This document shows, one piece after another, positions 61,487-64,000 of a stretch of DNA of 64,000 nt. The stretch is from a virus. The position numbers were made by a program, and so were the translations under genes. The stretch spans positions 1 to 64,000 of the IMG/VR virus record IMGVR_UViG_3300032236_000815, one strand, 5' to 3'. Under the pieces are notes generated by a model, which was given only the letters and a program-made list of their open reading frames with translations, made no database searches and had not been told where the DNA came from. Every line of letters starts with the position of its first letter. Positions within the stretch are counted from its first letter, which is position 1.

Positions 61487-62542
61487 ATGGCCACAAAAGC
61501 CTTCGATTTATCGAAATTTAGAAAGACCTTGACTAAGTCTATTGACGGTCTAGGCATCGGGTTTAATGACCCGACAGATTGGGTTAGTACAGGCAACTTT
61601 GCTTTGAACTACTTAATCAGTGGTGACTTTAACAAAGGCATTCCTTTGGGCAAGGTTACTGTATTTGCCGGCGAGTCAGGTGCTGGTAAGTCATACATTT
61701 GTTCAGGCAACATTGTTAAGAACGCACAAGAGCAAGGCATTTATGTTATCCTAGTTGATAGCGAAAACGCCTTGGATGAAAAATGGTTACACGCACTAGG
61801 TGTAGACACAAGCGAAGACAAGCTATTGAAACTTAACATGGCTATGATCGATGACGTTGCTAAAACTATTCATGAATTTATGTCAGAGTACAAGGCAATG
61901 GAAAACCGTCCTAAGGTCTTGTTTGTTATCGACTCATTGGGCATGTTGTTGACTCCAACAGACATTAACCAGTTTGAAGCAGGTGATTTGAAAGGTGATA
62001 TGGGTCGTAAACCTAAAGCACTTACAGCACTTGTTCGTAACTGTGTAAACATGTTTGGTAACTATAATGTAGGTATGGTATGTACTAATCACACATACGC
62101 AAGTCAAGACATGTTCGATCCAGATGACAAAATTTCAGGCGGACAAGGATTTGTTTACGCAAGTTCTATCGTAGTTGCTATGAAGAAGTTGAAGTTGAAA
62201 GAAGACGAAGACGGTAACAAAGTTTCAGAAGTCAACGGTATTCGTGCCGCTTGTAAGATTATGAAAACTCGTTACGCAAAGCCTTTTGAAACATTACAAG
62301 TTAAAATTCCATACGAAACAGGTATGAATCCTTACAGCGGTTTGGTTGACTTGTGCGAGAAAGCCGGCTTGTTAAAACAAGAAGGTAACAGACTCAAGTG
62401 GGTTGATCCGGAAACAGGTGAAGAGTTCAAATTCTACCGAAAAGAATGGAAAGATGATAAATTAGATATGTTAATGAATAAATTTCATATAGCATATAAT
62501 ACAACTACCATTCCCGAGGAGAACGAAGAAAATGTTGAATGA
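61487..62542 (+). CDS. uvsX: RecA-like recombinase UvsX
   Basis: GESGAGKS Walker A, DSENA, IDSLG, GDMG, NHTY, SGG.GF.YASS, KTRY.KP. Confidence 0.95.
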   Translation: MATKAFDLSKFRKTLTKSIDGLGIGFNDPTDWVSTGNFALNYLISGDFNKGIPLGKVTVFAGESGAGKSYICSGNIVKNAQEQGIYVILVDSENALDEKWLHALGVDTSEDKLLKLNMAMIDDVAKTIHEFMSEYKAMENRPKVLFVIDSLGMLLTPTDINQFEAGDLKGDMGRKPKALTALVRNCVNMFGNYNVGMVCTNHTYASQDMFDPDDKISGGQGFVYASSIVVAMKKLKLKEDEDGNKVSEVNGIRAACKIMKTRYAKPFETLQVKIPYETGMNPYSGLVDLCEKAGLLKQEGNRLKWVDPETGEEFKFYRKEWKDDKLDMLMNKFHIAYNTTTIPEENEENVE

Positions 62543-62777
62543 AACACAAATTGGTGACATCTGGTTGCTATTCGCAGATTATATTGATAAGAAAGTTATC
62601 GACAGCGTAGCAGAGCGTTATGTAGATTTACTAGCCGATTTCGGAACTAGTGACCGTGTAATGCAAAATGCAACAGGTGTTGACAGTGTTTTAGATGCCG
62701 CAATCGACTACTACTTAGATGAAGAAGATGACGGCGAAGAAGACGACAACTACAACGAAGAAGACGAGGATTATTAA
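62532..62777 (+). CDS. Small acidic hypothetical protein
   Basis: 81 aa, overlaps the uvsX stop and couples to uvsY through TAATG. Confidence 0.7.
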   Translation: MLNETQIGDIWLLFADYIDKKVIDSVAERYVDLLADFGTSDRVMQNATGVDSVLDAAIDYYLDEEDDGEEDDNYNEEDEDY

Positions 62778-63232
62778 TGGGTTGGTATACCGATATTGCT
62801 AAAGACATCAGTAACATCCCTGATGCTGTGCTATACTTTGAAGCAGAACTAGTGGAAGCTCGTAAAGAGGTTAAACTCACTGGTAATGTTGAACGAGCAA
62901 GTGCGGCCATGCCAGGAATTGTTGAGCATCGCTTCGGCCAGTTACAAGAAATCGAAGCAATATTGGAATACCTTAACATTGAACTTCGTAGACTTAAGAG
63001 CAGTTTTTTCCGTAAGTATTTGGAAAGCTATCAACGTGCTCTTAGTAGTCGAGATTGCGAAAGATTTGTTGAAGGTGAGGCAGACGTTGTTGATATGGAA
63101 AAAATTATCAACGAATTTGCCTTGCTACGCAACAAATGGCTAGGAATTACAAAAGCACTAGACCAAAAACAATGGCAAATTACAAATATTGTAAAATTAC
63201 GTGTTGCTGGTATGGAAGATGCAAGTATCTAA
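62777..63232 (+). CDS. uvsY: Recombination mediator UvsY
   Basis: Helical; K.L..KQWQI.NIVKLR.AG C-terminus; adjacent to uvsX. Confidence 0.85.
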   Translation: MGWYTDIAKDISNIPDAVLYFEAELVEARKEVKLTGNVERASAAMPGIVEHRFGQLQEIEAILEYLNIELRRLKSSFFRKYLESYQRALSSRDCERFVEGEADVVDMEKIINEFALLRNKWLGITKALDQKQWQITNIVKLRVAGMEDASI

Positions 63233-64000
63233 GAAAATATTGTTTAACGGGTGTAGTTTTGTTCACGGTGACGACTTAATGTGGCCGTATACAATGGTCG
63301 AACACTACGATAAAACAAACCCAGACTATTTAAAAATATTAAAACAATTTAATATATCAGGTCTTACTGAAAAAACAGAAATTTTTGAAAATGTTGAAAA
63401 TATTGCACGATATGGAGCAACTAACGACCTGATTACATTTTCAACAATTGAATTTTTTAATAATATCCCCCAAGAAGAGCGATCAAACTATGTAGCATGT
63501 ATAGGTTGGTCAGATCCTTGTAGAATTATGGTGCCTAACACATGGGCAGATCCAGCTGAGGATTTTTCTAAAGATAATAACATAGAAAATCTCCAAAAAA
63601 TGTGGTTCCATTTGAATTTATACACAATGAATGGTAACGACAGTGACGTGCAACAAAAATATAAATCTTTGGCAGACGAATATGTACGTCAGTTCGACGA
63701 TGCATACTGGTTTAAAGAACATATTAAAAATATTCTAATTCTTGAGAACTACTTTAAGGCAAACAACATAGAATTTGTCTTTTGGAACAGTATTGGCTTT
63801 CCTTTAAAAGCAGTTGACCAGTACACAAAAGATATTTTCCTAAATTTAGTTGATTGGTCACATTGGATCAATTGGGTGGACCTTAAAGTTCAATACATGG
63901 TCACAGGAACACAAATTCCTCCAGGGTTCAGTCACCCTTATGACCAAAAATTAGGAGTTTTTTGCTCTATGCTTGAAGTAATAGGCGAACCACAAGCATG
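63219..64000 (+). CDS. SGNH-hydrolase-like hypothetical protein (runs off the window end; absent from the ORF track)
   Basis: Manual translation of the 5' part gives MQVSKKILFNGCSFVHGDDL...NIARYGATN...IGWSDPCR, with GxS and N.A..G..N blocks. Confidence 0.65.
   Translation, partial: MQVSKKILFNGCSFVHGDDLMWPYTMVEHYDKTNPDYLKILKQFNISGLTEKTEIFENVENIARYGATNDLITFSTIEFFNNIPQEERSNYVACIGWSDPCRIMVPNTWADPAEDFSKDNNIENLQKMWFHLNLYTMNGNDSDVQQKYKSLADEYVRQFDDAYWFKEHIKNILILENYFKANNIEFVFWNSIGFPLKAVDQYTKDIFLNLVDWSHWINWVDLKVQYMVTGTQIPPGFSHPYDQKLGVFCSMLEVIGEPQA

Noticed and set aside
1247-63143. Numerous short antisense or alternate-frame ORFs in the supplied track (e.g. 4729-5208, 54503-55072, 59709-60182, 59723-60040)
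   Set aside because: They shadow well-supported genes, have no RBS or promoter that I noticed, and reflect codon bias or tandem repeats.
1-64000. Stop-codon reassignment, as seen in some large phages
   Set aside because: Core genes and 8-13 kb ORFs are intact in the standard code and coding density is already near complete.
1-64000. tRNA or rRNA genes
   Set aside because: No cloverleaf with a T-loop signature seen in the few intergenic gaps long enough to hold one; tRNAscan-SE would confirm.

Overview
The window is part of the genome of a large T4-like (contractile-tailed) dsDNA phage, read in the standard genetic code. From left to right it holds: (1) the 3' end of the major capsid gene gp23; (2) about 31 kb of Thr/Ser/Gly-rich virion fibre/spike genes, including two giant paralogues of 2651 and 4301 aa and three small paralogous ~110-aa proteins; (3) an accessory cassette at 31.8-41.5 kb encoding a U32-like Fe-S protein fused to a SAM methyltransferase, two flavin-dependent halogenase-family proteins, three 2OG-Fe(II) oxygenases, an inner-membrane transporter-like protein and an outer-membrane beta-barrel; (4) neck, tail and packaging genes (gp15, gp14, gp13, gp1, gp18, gp19, gp4, gp16, gp17) with probable internal head proteins; (5) the start of the replication/recombination block (gp32, uvsX, uvsY). 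The most notable observations are balanced, Russian-doll nesting of mobile beta-modules inside the fibre proteins, the tailoring-enzyme/transport cassette next to a Cys-rich propeller fibre gene, TAAATA late promoters placed to give leaderless mRNAs, and two multi-hairpin 5' leaders that share a motif. All family assignments come from motifs recognised by eye; no database searches were run.
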